A stretch of 64,000 bases of DNA from Candidatus Bathyarchaeia archaeon (lineage in GTDB: Archaea; Thermoproteota; Bathyarchaeia; 40CM-2-53-6). The notes beneath the pieces are model-generated. The model had not been told where the DNA came from. It saw only the letters and a list, made by a program, of their open reading frames with translations, and did no database searches. Position numbers and translations under genes: made by a program. Below are positions 28,295 through 38,728 of the stretch, one piece after another (position 1 is the first letter of the stretch; each line of letters begins with the position of its first letter). The stretch spans positions 96,001-160,000 of the forward strand of contig JBEKSC010000002.1 in NCBI GenBank assembly GCA_049517415.1, read 5' to 3'.

Positions 28295-28483
28295 TCATAG
28301 CTCATCCAGAGAGACAAACGCCTTTTTGTCTTTGAGGCGTTCGTATTGCCTTTCCATGAACTCTTCGTACACGGCCGACGACATCAACCGATTAAGGATC
28401 TGAGTGTACGTTTCGCCTTTCTTTCCCAGCGATCGCAAACGGTCCCTGGTCTCCTTTTCAACAGGAATAGTCGTAGTTGCCAT
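28295..28483 (-). CDS. Antitoxin for the RelE toxin
   Basis: TTIPVEKETRDRL..LGKKGETY..IL.RL; acidic tail VSLDEL; abuts toxin. Confidence 0.85.
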   Translation of the reverse strand: MATTTIPVEKETRDRLRSLGKKGETYTQILNRLMSSAVYEEFMERQYERLKDKKAFVSLDEL

Positions 28484-28619
28484 TAGGATCCATCAGGGAG
28501 GCGTTGGGTTATGAGTAACTATTAAAACTATAAGCAGTTTATAGCCCAGAAAAACGTCTAGAATTGGTTATAGAGAATAGGGATATCATTCCCGAAACGT
28601 TTCTCTCACTTAGGTTTCC

Positions 28620-28685
28620 TCGTTGAGCGTAGGGTATGGTTGACGAAGCCAGAGACCAGGCGTTAGTGTCTAGAACGAGTTTCGG
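28620..28685 (-). pseudogene. PIN toxin N-terminal remnant
   Basis: KLVLDTN then LVSGFV after a frameshift, overlapping the AbrB stop; boundaries approximate. Confidence 0.5.
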
Positions 28686-28926
28686 TCTTCGCTTCCTCGA
28701 TGAGTTCGCCTACTTCTTTTCCCGAGAGGCCCATTTCTTTGACGGCCCGCCAGATCGGTCTCGCTACCTCTTCAAAGGTCACCGAGGCCAGTTTCTTCAT
28801 GACTATGACGTCACCTATGGCGACCACAAGCAACTGCTCTCCCTCACGTACCTTCACAGCCCGCCGAACAGGCTCCGGAATCACAACCTGGCCACGGCAT
28901 GAAAGCCGCGTCGTGCCCGCAATCAT
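28663..28926 (-). CDS. AbrB/MazE/SpoVT family DNA-binding protein
   Basis: RGQVVIPEPVRRAVKVREGE. Confidence 0.9.
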   Translation of the reverse strand: MIAGTTRLSCRGQVVIPEPVRRAVKVREGEQLLVVAIGDVIVMKKLASVTFEEVARPIWRAVKEMGLSGKEVGELIEEAKTETRSRH

Positions 28927-28933
28927 AAGTCAT

Positions 28934-28953
28934 AAGTAAGATTAATCTTACTT
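28934..28953. promoter_or_regulatory. Perfect 20-bp palindrome, probable operator of the AbrB gene
   Basis: AAGTAAGATTAATCTTACTT just upstream of the start codon. Confidence 0.65.
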
Positions 28954-29365
28954 TAATACTTCCCTCAAACCATCCCAGAAAAAGGATGTCTAGCATGTGT
29001 AATACACACCTAGCGGGTGAAAATATGGGACATCTACAAGCGGCTCTAAGCGTTTTCTCGCGTGTTCGCTTCATATTCTTACTCGGTTTGAATGAAAATG
29101 CTTGCAGAGGACATTAGAAGTTTCTTTAGAAAACTGCGACGTGATTCCTAGCGACTGATCTGCCGAAGAATTCTACTTGGTGGAACGAGGCTTCTGGCCC
29201 ACATGCACAGGTAAGACCATCTCGCCTAGTTAGCCGCTTCTCTGTAGTCCTGCACATCAACGTTCGCTACTCGGACGAACGACAAACAGCCACAACCGAA
29301 CAGAGCTCCCGAGAGGTTACATTGAAATGTTAATGTTTCATATGGACGGTTAGGGTGTAGTTATC

Positions 29366-30199
29366 TTGCGAATTTCCCCTGGTTTCCCTACAAGGTTTGT
29401 TTTTGTTCTCTCGGCGTTAAGCGGGGTCCTGTTCTTTTTGCTGTTCTCCCCGGTGGTCAGCCTCATTGGGTCAAGTAGTGTGGCAGGAGTAGTTCTCGCC
29501 ATGGGCAATAGCGAAGCGGTTTCAGCTATCGTGTTAACGGTTTACGCGTCTGGACTCACAGCTTTGGTAGCAGTGCTCTTGGGTGTTCCTCTCGGCTATC
29601 TGCTTGGGAAGTACCAATTTCCCGGAAGGTCGCTGATCGATTCAGTAATCGAGATTCCCCTCATGATTCCGCACACAGTTGCCGGAATCGCACTCATCAC
29701 GATATTCGGTTCAGCGGAACTCGTCGGGTCATTCTTCAGTGGATATGGAATCAAAATGACAAACAACATTCTCGGCATCGTTCTGACACTTGTCTTCGTC
29801 AGCGCCACCTACACCGTGAAGCAAGTTGAGGAGGCGATTAGATCCATGGACCCTAAACTGGAACTTGTTTCCCGAAGCCTAGGCGCATCTTCAACCTTCA
29901 CCTTTGTCAAGGTCACGTTGCCTAACATCTGGCGTTCAGTCGTTTCCGGCGCAATTTTGACATGGGCTAGGGCTTCGAGTGAGGTGGGCGCCCTATTCAT
30001 TATGGCATATTACCCACCCGTTGCTTCAATCTTGATTTGGAACCTCTACGCGGGTTACGGTCTCCACGAATCCATCTCAAACGGCGTTGTGCTCAGCCCA
30101 GGAGCAATCAACGTGGCGGCACTGATGATTTTCATCAACTTAGCGATCTTCGTCCTCTTCAAACTAATTCAAAGAAAGAGGGAGAAACGAAATGAGTGA
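29366..30199 (+). CDS. Molybdate/tungstate ABC transporter permease (WtpB/ModB-like)
   Basis: IPHTVAGIAL, EAA-like loop SRSLGAS, WARASSEVGA. Confidence 0.85.
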   Translation: MRISPGFPTRFVFVLSALSGVLFFLLFSPVVSLIGSSSVAGVVLAMGNSEAVSAIVLTVYASGLTALVAVLLGVPLGYLLGKYQFPGRSLIDSVIEIPLMIPHTVAGIALITIFGSAELVGSFFSGYGIKMTNNILGIVLTLVFVSATYTVKQVEEAIRSMDPKLELVSRSLGASSTFTFVKVTLPNIWRSVVSGAILTWARASSEVGALFIMAYYPPVASILIWNLYAGYGLHESISNGVVLSPGAINVAALMIFINLAIFVLFKLIQRKREKRNE

Positions 30200-31247
30200 C
30201 GGAGTTGCGGTCCAGAACCTGTCACATTCATGGGGCCATTTCGCACTAACGAACATTAACCTCTCCGTCGCCCAAGGAAGCTACTTTGTCTTGCTCGGGC
30301 CTACAGGTTCCGGTAAGACCTTGCTCCTTGAGGCGATTGTAGGCGCCTACCGCCCTAGGGAAGGAAACATAATTGTGGACGGAGAAGACGTTTCCAGCCT
30401 CCCACCAGAGAAGCGCAAGATCAGTTACGCGCCGCAGAACTACCTCCTCTTTGATAATATGACCGTGCGAGGGAACGTTGAATTCGGCCTGCACGCCAAG
30501 GGGATCGCGGAAGAAGATCGCAAGAATCGCACAAAGCATCTACTAGACTTACTCGGAATCTCGCATCTCGCGAACCGTTTCCCGAGAAACTTGAGTGGCG
30601 GCGAGAGGCAGAGGGTTTCGCTGGCTCGTGCGCTAGTTGTGGAACCTCGCGCGGTTTTGCTCGATGAACCACTTTCTGCAGTGGACGCTGCGACGAAGAG
30701 TTCGATCCTTGATTATCTACGCCGCGTTCACAAGGAAACCGGTGTCACCGTCATCCACGTAACGCACGATCAGATAGAAGCTGCGACGGTTGCAGACAGA
30801 ATTGGTGTGATAAAGGACGGGAAAATGGTTCAAGTCGGCGCGCCAACAGATGTTATTGAGAGCCCTTCGACTGAGGTTGCATCAATGTTCAGGTCGGAGA
30901 ATTTGTTCGCCGGCAATGTAACACGAAAGGAGGCTAGCCTTGCTTTGGTCGAGATAGGCGACGGGAAGATCATTGAGGCTGTGACAGACCGGACAGGGCC
31001 GGTTATGCTTCACATTAGGCCTGAGGAGGTTGTGGTTTCCAAACATGCCGTCGACTCGAGCGCCCGCAATAGACTCTCGGGGACAGTGGCTGAGGTTACT
31101 GATCTAGGGCCGACTGTTAGACTGCGAATTTCGGGCGAGAAACGCATCATGGCAATAATCACCCGACGGTCGTTCTTTGAAATGCAGCTCAATATCGGGT
31201 CCGAAGTCCATGCCATCTTCAAGGCGACGTCAGTAGAAGTTCTTTGA
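30192..31247 (+). CDS. Molybdate/tungstate ABC ATPase with TOBE domain (WtpC-like)
   Basis: GPTGSGKT, LSGGE, LLDEP, SSARN, FKA. Confidence 0.9.
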   Translation: MSDGVAVQNLSHSWGHFALTNINLSVAQGSYFVLLGPTGSGKTLLLEAIVGAYRPREGNIIVDGEDVSSLPPEKRKISYAPQNYLLFDNMTVRGNVEFGLHAKGIAEEDRKNRTKHLLDLLGISHLANRFPRNLSGGERQRVSLARALVVEPRAVLLDEPLSAVDAATKSSILDYLRRVHKETGVTVIHVTHDQIEAATVADRIGVIKDGKMVQVGAPTDVIESPSTEVASMFRSENLFAGNVTRKEASLALVEIGDGKIIEAVTDRTGPVMLHIRPEEVVVSKHAVDSSARNRLSGTVAEVTDLGPTVRLRISGEKRIMAIITRRSFFEMQLNIGSEVHAIFKATSVEVL

Positions 31248-31394
31248 AAGAGAAAGGAACATACGAAACACTCCTAACTGACGCGATTACCTTTGACGAG
31301 TTAAATGCACTCACCCGGCCGAGAAAATTCGCGAAGTGAGTCCAAGAAACACCACATTAATAGCGCCTGCGAGCGGATACTTTGCTGATGGCTG

Positions 31395-31864
31395 TTGGCT
31401 GTCGATATTCGGGTTAAACGGGCTCCCGCATACAGAGTAGCCTCTATGCTCCGAGTCGGGCCATACGACAGGAACATGCTCCGGGCTGAATTTAGCCAGC
31501 TTGTAAAATGGGCGAAGAAGAGAAAGCTTGGAACTGGGAAATGGATGTTGTATTTCATCGATGAGCCTGGTGGGCGTAGGCCCGCGAACAAGCTTCGGTC
31601 AGAAGCCTGCCTCCAAATCAAGGGCAGGGCGGAGAGCGAGGGGAAGATTAAGGTGAAGAAGCTTCCCGCACAAAAGGTCACCAGTGTCACGTTCAACCCT
31701 GACAAAGTCTCTCCCCGCTTAGTCTACTCGGGAATCTATGGATGGTTGAAGTGGGGGGGTTCAAGGACACGGTCACGGGCCGAGAAGTATACGTCGGAAA
31801 CCCTTGGCGCAACCCTCGTGCTTGGGTGAACACGGAAATTCAGGTTCCCGTGAAAAGAAAATAG
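31395..31864 (+). pseudogene. GyrI-like ligand-binding protein, frameshifted at a G7 tract
   Basis: C-terminus GREVYVGNP..NTEIQVPVKRK* lies in another frame after 31753-31759. Confidence 0.7.
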
Positions 31865-31943
31865 AGACAGCTTACTCAAATCCCAATCCGACGCTGCACC
31901 CAGCCGCCCAGTCTGGCCCATAGGGCGTGAGCTGAGTCAGTGA

Positions 31944-32510
31944 TTACGGGCGCGTGTTTGATGCCTGCATTAGTGTCTCTAGCAGCTCGGTTACATCCGC
32001 TTGCTTCGCTCTTTTTCTGAGGTAGGAATAGTCGAGTCTGCCCTGTTGCATCGCCAGAACTGAGACGGCGTCCTGCTCATCTTGGACTCCTCGGTCTCTT
32101 CTGGCAAGTTTGTTTACAATGAAGTCTTCAGGGCCAATTGCGAACATTTCGAAACGGTCAGCGAACGGGCGCACTTTCACACGCCGACGTAGAGTCTCCC
32201 TATCGAAAACAACGCCGTCAGGTTTCGTCCACATTTCGACTTCCAACATTTCTTTAAGGTCCGTCACAAAGAAGAGCGCTGCGTCAGGGTGAGGCTCTGG
32301 TGCCAGCTGGTAACCCAATTTCTGTAGACGGCCTTGAAGTTCGATGCTCTTCTCGTAACTCGCTGCGATGGCCAAATCCACATCTTGGGTGGCTCGAATT
32401 TGACCATACGCTGCTAGGGCAAATCCTCCGATGAGCATATGCTGTATGGACAGCTTATCGAGCGCGTTGGTTAACTTTCGCAGTGCTCGCGATGTTCCGG
32501 GCAAGTTCAT
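31944..32510 (-). CDS. Nucleotidyltransferase (DUF6036/AbiEii-like)
   Basis: IGGFALAAYG..RATQDVDL, PEDFIVNKL, QDEQD. Confidence 0.85.
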   Translation of the reverse strand: MNLPGTSRALRKLTNALDKLSIQHMLIGGFALAAYGQIRATQDVDLAIAASYEKSIELQGRLQKLGYQLAPEPHPDAALFFVTDLKEMLEVEMWTKPDGVVFDRETLRRRVKVRPFADRFEMFAIGPEDFIVNKLARRDRGVQDEQDAVSVLAMQQGRLDYSYLRKRAKQADVTELLETLMQASNTRP

Positions 32511-32871
32511 TTACCTCTTGGAATCTTTCATACGGCGATATACCGCTCTCAACTAGCCTTCTTGCAAGCCCCGCCTGATGCAGCGCCTTTTTGATATCAT
32601 TCTCATTGCTCCGAAGAGACAAATCACGAAGGCGGTTGTATTGTCTCACGAACTGTTTGCCAATCGGCGTAGCACGGAGGATTTGTCTTGGTCGGCCCAC
32701 ACCTTGTTTTCTTGAGACTTCCGGCAACAGGAGGCTACGTGCTCTGAGCTCTTTGACCAGCGCCATAGTTCTATCGTGGCTCCCGCCCATCTTCTCCGCC
32801 AGCTCCGACACAGACAACTCCCCTTGGGAGCAATGAGAGAGAATGCTCGCAGCTAAGTCGATTCGCAGCAT
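32455..32871 (-). CDS. Winged-HTH protein coupled to the nucleotidyltransferase
   Basis: LSVSELAEKMG..., GRPR wing; overlaps NTase start. Confidence 0.75.
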   Translation of the reverse strand: MLRIDLAASILSHCSQGELSVSELAEKMGGSHDRTMALVKELRARSLLLPEVSRKQGVGRPRQILRATPIGKQFVRQYNRLRDLSLRSNENDIKKALHQAGLARRLVESGISPYERFQEVNELARNIASTAKVNQRAR

Positions 32872-33158
32872 TCACCTCACCGCATTTATTCCTATTTTCA
32901 GGAGTAAATTAGGCTCGTGCCGACATATAAAGACAGAAGCAACGTAGTCTGCTCGTATACAGCCGACGCCCAACCCCTTAGAAATCTTGAGGACTTGCCT
33001 TCAACTGATGACCTGCTCACCATGGTCGAGAAATTTCGCGAACTGAGTTCAAGAAACACTAGTGGGCGTGAAGAGCCTCGCACGGGAAAATATCGTTACC
33101 GGGAAACATTGGGAAGGTTGTGAGAAAATTGTCGACTGTTCGATCGCTAAATGTTCTG

Positions 33159-34184
33159 TTATAACGGGTTGCCGGTTGATGAATCGTCAATGTAGATTGG
33201 GGGTACCGATGTCACTTGGATTTGGTTATGGTTGACGTTATTGTTGTTGGAATTTTGCAGCAAATCCATTCCCGTACTATAGGGTGGGAGGGTGCTTCCT
33301 CCTTTGACCTGGTTGTTGTCGATGACGTTGTTGCTTGAACCAAATAGAACTATTCCGCCGTATCTGTTGTTGGTTAGCTGGTCGCTATCGATCTGCGTGT
33401 TGTTGGCTAGAAGAGCGATTCCGATATCGTTGCCGGTAAGGTTATTGTGATCGACCTCAGTGCTGCTTCCGGCTAGATATAGCAAAATGCCCGCGGATTG
33501 TTCGACGTTTACAAGATCGGGTCCGCAAGCGGTTGTGTTGTTGCATTCATTTTCTGACACATTGTTATGGTCGACTTCGCTAACGGCTCCGAACCCAATC
33601 TGTATACCTGCCGCAGCATTATTCGATGGAGCACCCGTGCCATCAACTACGTTATAGTTAACCATCACCTTTGAACCGAGGCAATTTACCGCGATTCCAC
33701 CGTTCTGATAGTTGTATATGGAGTTGTGGTCAACGTCCCCCAATGTGGACCCAATAATACAAGACGGCTGACTAGACGGAGACCCTGCATCGGTCGTTGC
33801 ATAATAGACCGCTACACCGTGCTGTGCTCCATCACGCGGGTGGTCGCCAATATCATGAATTGTGCTATGATTCAGATCAACACTTGCCTGATGAACTAGA
33901 ACGCCAAAGTACCGAGCGTCATGAATGTTTGCGTTGACAACTGAACCACTTGAACCGGGTGCAAAGTACACGCCAATGTCGCATCCAAATGCGTTAAGCT
34001 CACCACTGATCTTAGCTGTGGCGGTCACGATGATACTCGCAGTTAGATTGACGCCATCCCTGAAGTAACCCGTCGCCGTACAGGAAGTTGCGAATGACGG
34101 AGCAGCTGCTACCGTTGCTCCGAATAATATGAACAGTACAATCGTCAGTTCCTTACCCTTCAAGAAGTCAAATTCTCCTTTCAC
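33159..34184 (-). CDS. Secreted right-handed beta-helix repeat protein
   Basis: Signal peptide; Asn/Gly-rich repeats (VDHNNV, GIALL, IDNNQV). Confidence 0.8.
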   Translation of the reverse strand: MKGEFDFLKGKELTIVLFILFGATVAAAPSFATSCTATGYFRDGVNLTASIIVTATAKISGELNAFGCDIGVYFAPGSSGSVVNANIHDARYFGVLVHQASVDLNHSTIHDIGDHPRDGAQHGVAVYYATTDAGSPSSQPSCIIGSTLGDVDHNSIYNYQNGGIAVNCLGSKVMVNYNVVDGTGAPSNNAAAGIQIGFGAVSEVDHNNVSENECNNTTACGPDLVNVEQSAGILLYLAGSSTEVDHNNLTGNDIGIALLANNTQIDSDQLTNNRYGGIVLFGSSNNVIDNNQVKGGSTLPPYSTGMDLLQNSNNNNVNHNQIQVTSVPPIYIDDSSTGNPL

Positions 34185-34703
34185 GTTGGGTATCGGTCAA
34201 GGTAGGAACGGATTTGTCCATTTAAGGCGAGGGAACCAAGTGACTAAATTGTGTCAGTTTGGTGCAAGCGTGTCATTGGTCTTTGATATTTCCAAACGGA
34301 GCGTGCCATCACCGTGAACGTGGCTCTCGGAAACATAATTCATGTGAGAATTGACCCGATTACGCGTAGAACCCTACAGAAAGCGCGGGGGAGGCCGTAA
34401 CGTCAAGGAACGTATAATGACCGGGGCATCATTTACTCCTGCTTGCGATAGATGGGTCAAGGACTTGGCCTGCAAATAGTAACGCTTTTCAAAAGCAGTA
34501 AAACGGGCGACGTTTGACTCAGAAAACTGAGTCACCCCCCTGAGGAGTCTCTTCAAGCGTGCGCGCACCATTGGGTCCGAATGGGGGCTCGGCAGTAGGG
34601 CGAGAAAAGAGATGCCTAGCATATGTTATACACTAGGTAAGGAATACAGTACGCCTCCAGGAGCGCTAGGTCATAATTTTCCATTGACCACCATGATGCA
34701 CTA

Positions 34704-36149
34704 TTGCTTTCGATGATGAATCGATGGTGTGGGGACCTGCAGCCAGCAAATCGTAACCCTTCTCCGAAGCTTTTCGGGACTTCTGGCATCAGAGGGTCAG
34801 CAAGCGGATTCTTCACTACAGATTTTGCGGAGAGGCTTGGCCATACATTTGCGACGTTTCTCGAGAGTCGTGGAACCGTCTACGTTGGTCGTGATGTAAG
34901 GTTGCATTCAAAACCAATCCAAGGCGCTTTGATGAACGGCCTCCTAGCGGGGGGAGTGGATGTTATGGATTGCGGGCTTGTGCCAACACCAGCTTTACTC
35001 TTCGCGATGAAGGAGGCTGAATCCGCGGGGGGTGTTATGGTTACGGGAAGCCACACGCCACCTGAAATTGCGGGCGTATTGTTCTTTCTCAGTGATACTG
35101 GGGAGATGGATCCGCGCGGAGAGAGGTTATTTGAAGGGATCTACGCGTCCGCACCGTGGCGGCAACATCCCTCCGGCAGAAAGGGTTCGATGGGTTCCCT
35201 CGGAATTCTTGACGCCTATACCAAGACGCTCGAGGCGAGTATAGGTTACATCGGCGGGTACAAGGTTGTCGTCGACCCCGGTAACGGGGCTACGTGCGCA
35301 ACGCTAGGCCGCGTTCTGGAAAGGTTAGGATGCAAAGTTGAGACTATAAACGGTAATCCTGACGGGCGATTTCCCGGCCGCCCCCCGAACCCTCAGCCTT
35401 CTACACTTACCCAGCTCTCGAGAGCCGTGAAGAAGACGAACGCAGACCTAGGGGTCGGAACTGATAGTGACGGTGACCGAGCCCTATTCGCAACGGAACA
35501 GGGGCGAGTGTTATGGGCCGACCTAACAGGCGCAATTTTCGCGAAAAACGAATTGAAGAGCCATGCTGGCGGAACAGTGATCAGCACAGTGAACACGTCA
35601 AGCATCATCAAGCTTCTATGTCAGGAATACGAAGGGAACCTCACCGTCACTAAGGTTGGGCCTCCGGCAATCGCTGAAGCGTTGCGTACCACTGAGAACG
35701 TGATATTTGCAACCGAGGAGTCTGGGAAGCACATCTGGCCAAGTATCATACTCTACGGGGACGCGGCTTTCTCATCGGGCAAGCTGCTACAGATTATGAA
35801 GTCTGAAGGAATGAAATTAGAGCAACTTCAGGGCGACCTCCCGAAGTTTCACCAGTCCAAATCAACAATCCCGTGCCCAGACCAATTGAAAACTGAGGTG
35901 ATGAAGTTTGTCACACTCTCGTGGAAGGCACGGTCGCGAGATGGGCGAACGCAAACCTCAACTATCGACGGCTTAAAGGTCGAGTACCCGGACTCATCGT
36001 GGTTTCTAGTGAGAACTTCCGGCACTGAGCCTCTACTGAGATGTAATGCTGAGGCCCGAAGCCTGCGACGTGCGCAGGAACTTCTAGGGAGAGCAACTAA
36101 ACTAGCACTACGAGGTATTAGGATGGCAGGGGAAACGCAAGGAACTTGA
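34704..36149 (+). CDS. Alpha-D-phosphohexomutase family protein (possible phosphopentomutase)
   Basis: LFGTSGIRG, TGSHTP, DSDGDR, EESG, RTSGTEP; true start likely a few codons downstream. Confidence 0.88.
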   Translation: MLSMMNRWCGDLQPANRNPSPKLFGTSGIRGSASGFFTTDFAERLGHTFATFLESRGTVYVGRDVRLHSKPIQGALMNGLLAGGVDVMDCGLVPTPALLFAMKEAESAGGVMVTGSHTPPEIAGVLFFLSDTGEMDPRGERLFEGIYASAPWRQHPSGRKGSMGSLGILDAYTKTLEASIGYIGGYKVVVDPGNGATCATLGRVLERLGCKVETINGNPDGRFPGRPPNPQPSTLTQLSRAVKKTNADLGVGTDSDGDRALFATEQGRVLWADLTGAIFAKNELKSHAGGTVISTVNTSSIIKLLCQEYEGNLTVTKVGPPAIAEALRTTENVIFATEESGKHIWPSIILYGDAAFSSGKLLQIMKSEGMKLEQLQGDLPKFHQSKSTIPCPDQLKTEVMKFVTLSWKARSRDGRTQTSTIDGLKVEYPDSSWFLVRTSGTEPLLRCNAEARSLRRAQELLGRATKLALRGIRMAGETQGT

Positions 36150-36820
36150 TATCCCGCACGCAACTGGCCGGTATGATAGATCACTCGGTGCTGCGTCCTG
36201 ACTCGACCGAGGAGGATGTAAAGAATGGGTGCAAGTTGGCGGTTGACCTTGGTTTGGCCGCGGTTGTAGTCAACCCAGCACATGTTCCAATAGCGGCAAC
36301 TTACCTCAAGAATTCAGCCGTGAAGACTTGTAGCGTCATCTCTTTTCCGTTCGGCCTTTCCACGACGGAAGCGAAAGTCGCCGAAACAAAAGGCGTTCTG
36401 GCCGAAGGGGCAGAGGAAGTGGATATGGTTTTGAACTTCAGTGCCCTCCGCTCAGGCCGCGAGGGATACGTCTTGAATGAGGTAAAGAGCGTTGTAGGGT
36501 TGGCTAAGACTTACACGAAGAAAGTGGCTGTCAAGGTTATTCTTGAAACATGCTACCTGAATGATGCTGAGAAGGAGAAGGTGTGCCTATTGGCAGTTGA
36601 GGGGGGTGCCGATTTTGTAAAGACCTCCACAGGATTCGGCTCAGCCGGAGCCACTGTTGGTGACATTCGGCTGATGAGACGAACTGTTGGTTCGAGAGTG
36701 GGTGTGAAGGCAGCGGGTGGCATAAGAACCACCGACCAGGCGCTGCAAATGGTGGAGGCGGGGGCGAACAGAATAGGAACTAGCTCAAGCCTTTCCATTC
36801 TTGAAGGAATGACACGCTAA
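36146..36820 (+). CDS. deoC: Deoxyribose-phosphate aldolase
   Basis: IDHSVLRP, EVDMV, KVILET, FVKTSTGF, KAAGGIR, RIGTSS. Confidence 0.95.
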   Translation: MISRTQLAGMIDHSVLRPDSTEEDVKNGCKLAVDLGLAAVVVNPAHVPIAATYLKNSAVKTCSVISFPFGLSTTEAKVAETKGVLAEGAEEVDMVLNFSALRSGREGYVLNEVKSVVGLAKTYTKKVAVKVILETCYLNDAEKEKVCLLAVEGGADFVKTSTGFGSAGATVGDIRLMRRTVGSRVGVKAAGGIRTTDQALQMVEAGANRIGTSSSLSILEGMTR

Positions 36821-36893
36821 GATACGCTCATTTATGATTGAAAAATCATCTTTGCGAAATCTTATATCGGCCTCGGACAGCGATTGTTAGTTC

Positions 36894-38447
36894 ATGTCGA
36901 AGCCAACGGTCTTCGTTAGACAAGCTACGGGCCTCGTGAAGAGCGTTAGCCCGTGGGCGCTATTCTTCGCGATGCTTGGCGAGATAGGGTTCGGAACCGG
37001 CCTGCTGTTGGTGAACGTCGCGAACTCTTTCTTCTCGGACGGCAACCCGGGCGGTAACGGCGTTGATGCGACGCTGCTGCTTCTGTTTTTCGTAATTTTT
37101 GAGTCCTTCATCTTCTATCACGTTGTTCGTTCGGTTGGAAGGACGGGTGGGGATTACGTTTGGATGAGCAGGAATATTGGGCCCGTACTGGGCGGTGCGC
37201 TCATCCTCGGTTTCGTCTTCACTGGTATGCCGTTCTTGGCTGTGTCGGCGAACTGGTTCGTCACATTCTCACTCGCACCCAGCATATCTACAATCGCTGC
37301 GGTGTCAGGGAACAGCGGCCTGACTTCCTTCTCAGCGATGCTAACTACTTCGACGGCGTTGATAGTCATGGGATTGTCTTTGATTGCGGTATTAACAGCA
37401 GTTGACATAGTATCGCCCAGGTCCGGATTTCAACTGCTTGCAGCCCTAACCATAATACCGCTCATAGGCACATTCATTATGGCAGGCGTCTTCTTGGGTT
37501 TCGGCCCAGCTGGCATACAGGCTTCCGTCTCAAACTTTCTTTCACAAAACGGCGGTTCATACACGCAGATAGCGTCTCAATACGTTGGCCCCGGTGCGTC
37601 ACTTTCCGGCGTAGTGCTTCTCATTCCCTGGCTTTTCTTCACTCTGCCATGGGTTAACAACGCAGCAGCATTTTCAGGGGAGTTGAAGAATCTAAAGAGG
37701 TCGGCGTGGATAGGCACAGCGCTTCCCGGCGTTTTCAGCGGTCTGATGTTAGCCGGGTTCATCGCGTTGTTCAATTGGGGTTTGGGTTTCAATTTCGCAA
37801 TGCAAGCCCCGATCTCGTGGCCGGGTTCGTTGTATGCCATGGGCGTTGTCCCGAACATGCTAACAATCGCGACCATTGCGATTCGTGATAATCCGACTCT
37901 GATGTGGGTGATGAACGTGACCTTTGCCGTCTGGTACCTAGCTTCCCTTCAGCAGACGATTCTTTCGGTTTCGCGCTATATTCTTGGGATGAGTTTTGAT
38001 AGGCTGATACCCGTTCAACTCGCGCATGTTAGTGATAGGTTCCATTCGCCAACCGCAGCCCTATTGTTGTGTTTCGTGGTTGCGATTCCAATGGTATTCA
38101 TAGTTTCCTTAACAAACTGGACATCGCTTTACACTACGAGCGCTCTTGGGAGCGTGTTCTTTGCCTTCATCGGAATAACCGCGATAATCTATGGGTGGAG
38201 GAAGAGAAAGCAACTCGGGGGGACTGGGCCCGCTCTCATAGTATCCGGCTTGCTAATCGCCCCATTCTTCCTGTACGTTACATACCAGTTCCTGGCCCTA
38301 CCCTTCTACGGCATCAACAACATCTCATGGGGAATCATGCTCTTCTTCTGGGTTCTGGGCGCGCTGCTCTACCCCATAGGTAAATGGTACTACGGAAGGA
38401 AAGGGTTAGACCTAAGCCTAGTCTTCAAAGAACTTCCACCCGAATGA
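36894..38447 (+). CDS. APC family amino-acid permease
   Basis: VFVRQATGLVK, TGGDYVWMSR, FDRLIP, FKELPPE; many TM segments. Confidence 0.9.
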   Translation: MSKPTVFVRQATGLVKSVSPWALFFAMLGEIGFGTGLLLVNVANSFFSDGNPGGNGVDATLLLLFFVIFESFIFYHVVRSVGRTGGDYVWMSRNIGPVLGGALILGFVFTGMPFLAVSANWFVTFSLAPSISTIAAVSGNSGLTSFSAMLTTSTALIVMGLSLIAVLTAVDIVSPRSGFQLLAALTIIPLIGTFIMAGVFLGFGPAGIQASVSNFLSQNGGSYTQIASQYVGPGASLSGVVLLIPWLFFTLPWVNNAAAFSGELKNLKRSAWIGTALPGVFSGLMLAGFIALFNWGLGFNFAMQAPISWPGSLYAMGVVPNMLTIATIAIRDNPTLMWVMNVTFAVWYLASLQQTILSVSRYILGMSFDRLIPVQLAHVSDRFHSPTAALLLCFVVAIPMVFIVSLTNWTSLYTTSALGSVFFAFIGITAIIYGWRKRKQLGGTGPALIVSGLLIAPFFLYVTYQFLALPFYGINNISWGIMLFFWVLGALLYPIGKWYYGRKGLDLSLVFKELPPE

Positions 38448-38728
38448 ACCCCTGAATAACACAGGCCACCTCATCTGCGTCGTTAACAGGAAAACCAAAT
38501 CCCGTCGTTTGATCGACTCCACCCGGCACGAACGCCGACGACGCCATCGCTGAATACCTCTACGTAGAATGGATCACAAGAAAAGAGCATGCAAGGCTCC
38601 TGAAAACGCTGGGAATATTCGCTAACCCACCATAGAACTACTTCTTCTCCAAGTATTTGAGAACAAAAATTAGGGTTAATATTTTATACTAGAAACATCC
38701 TATTCTAGGGTTTGAGGCAGTCAGAGCC

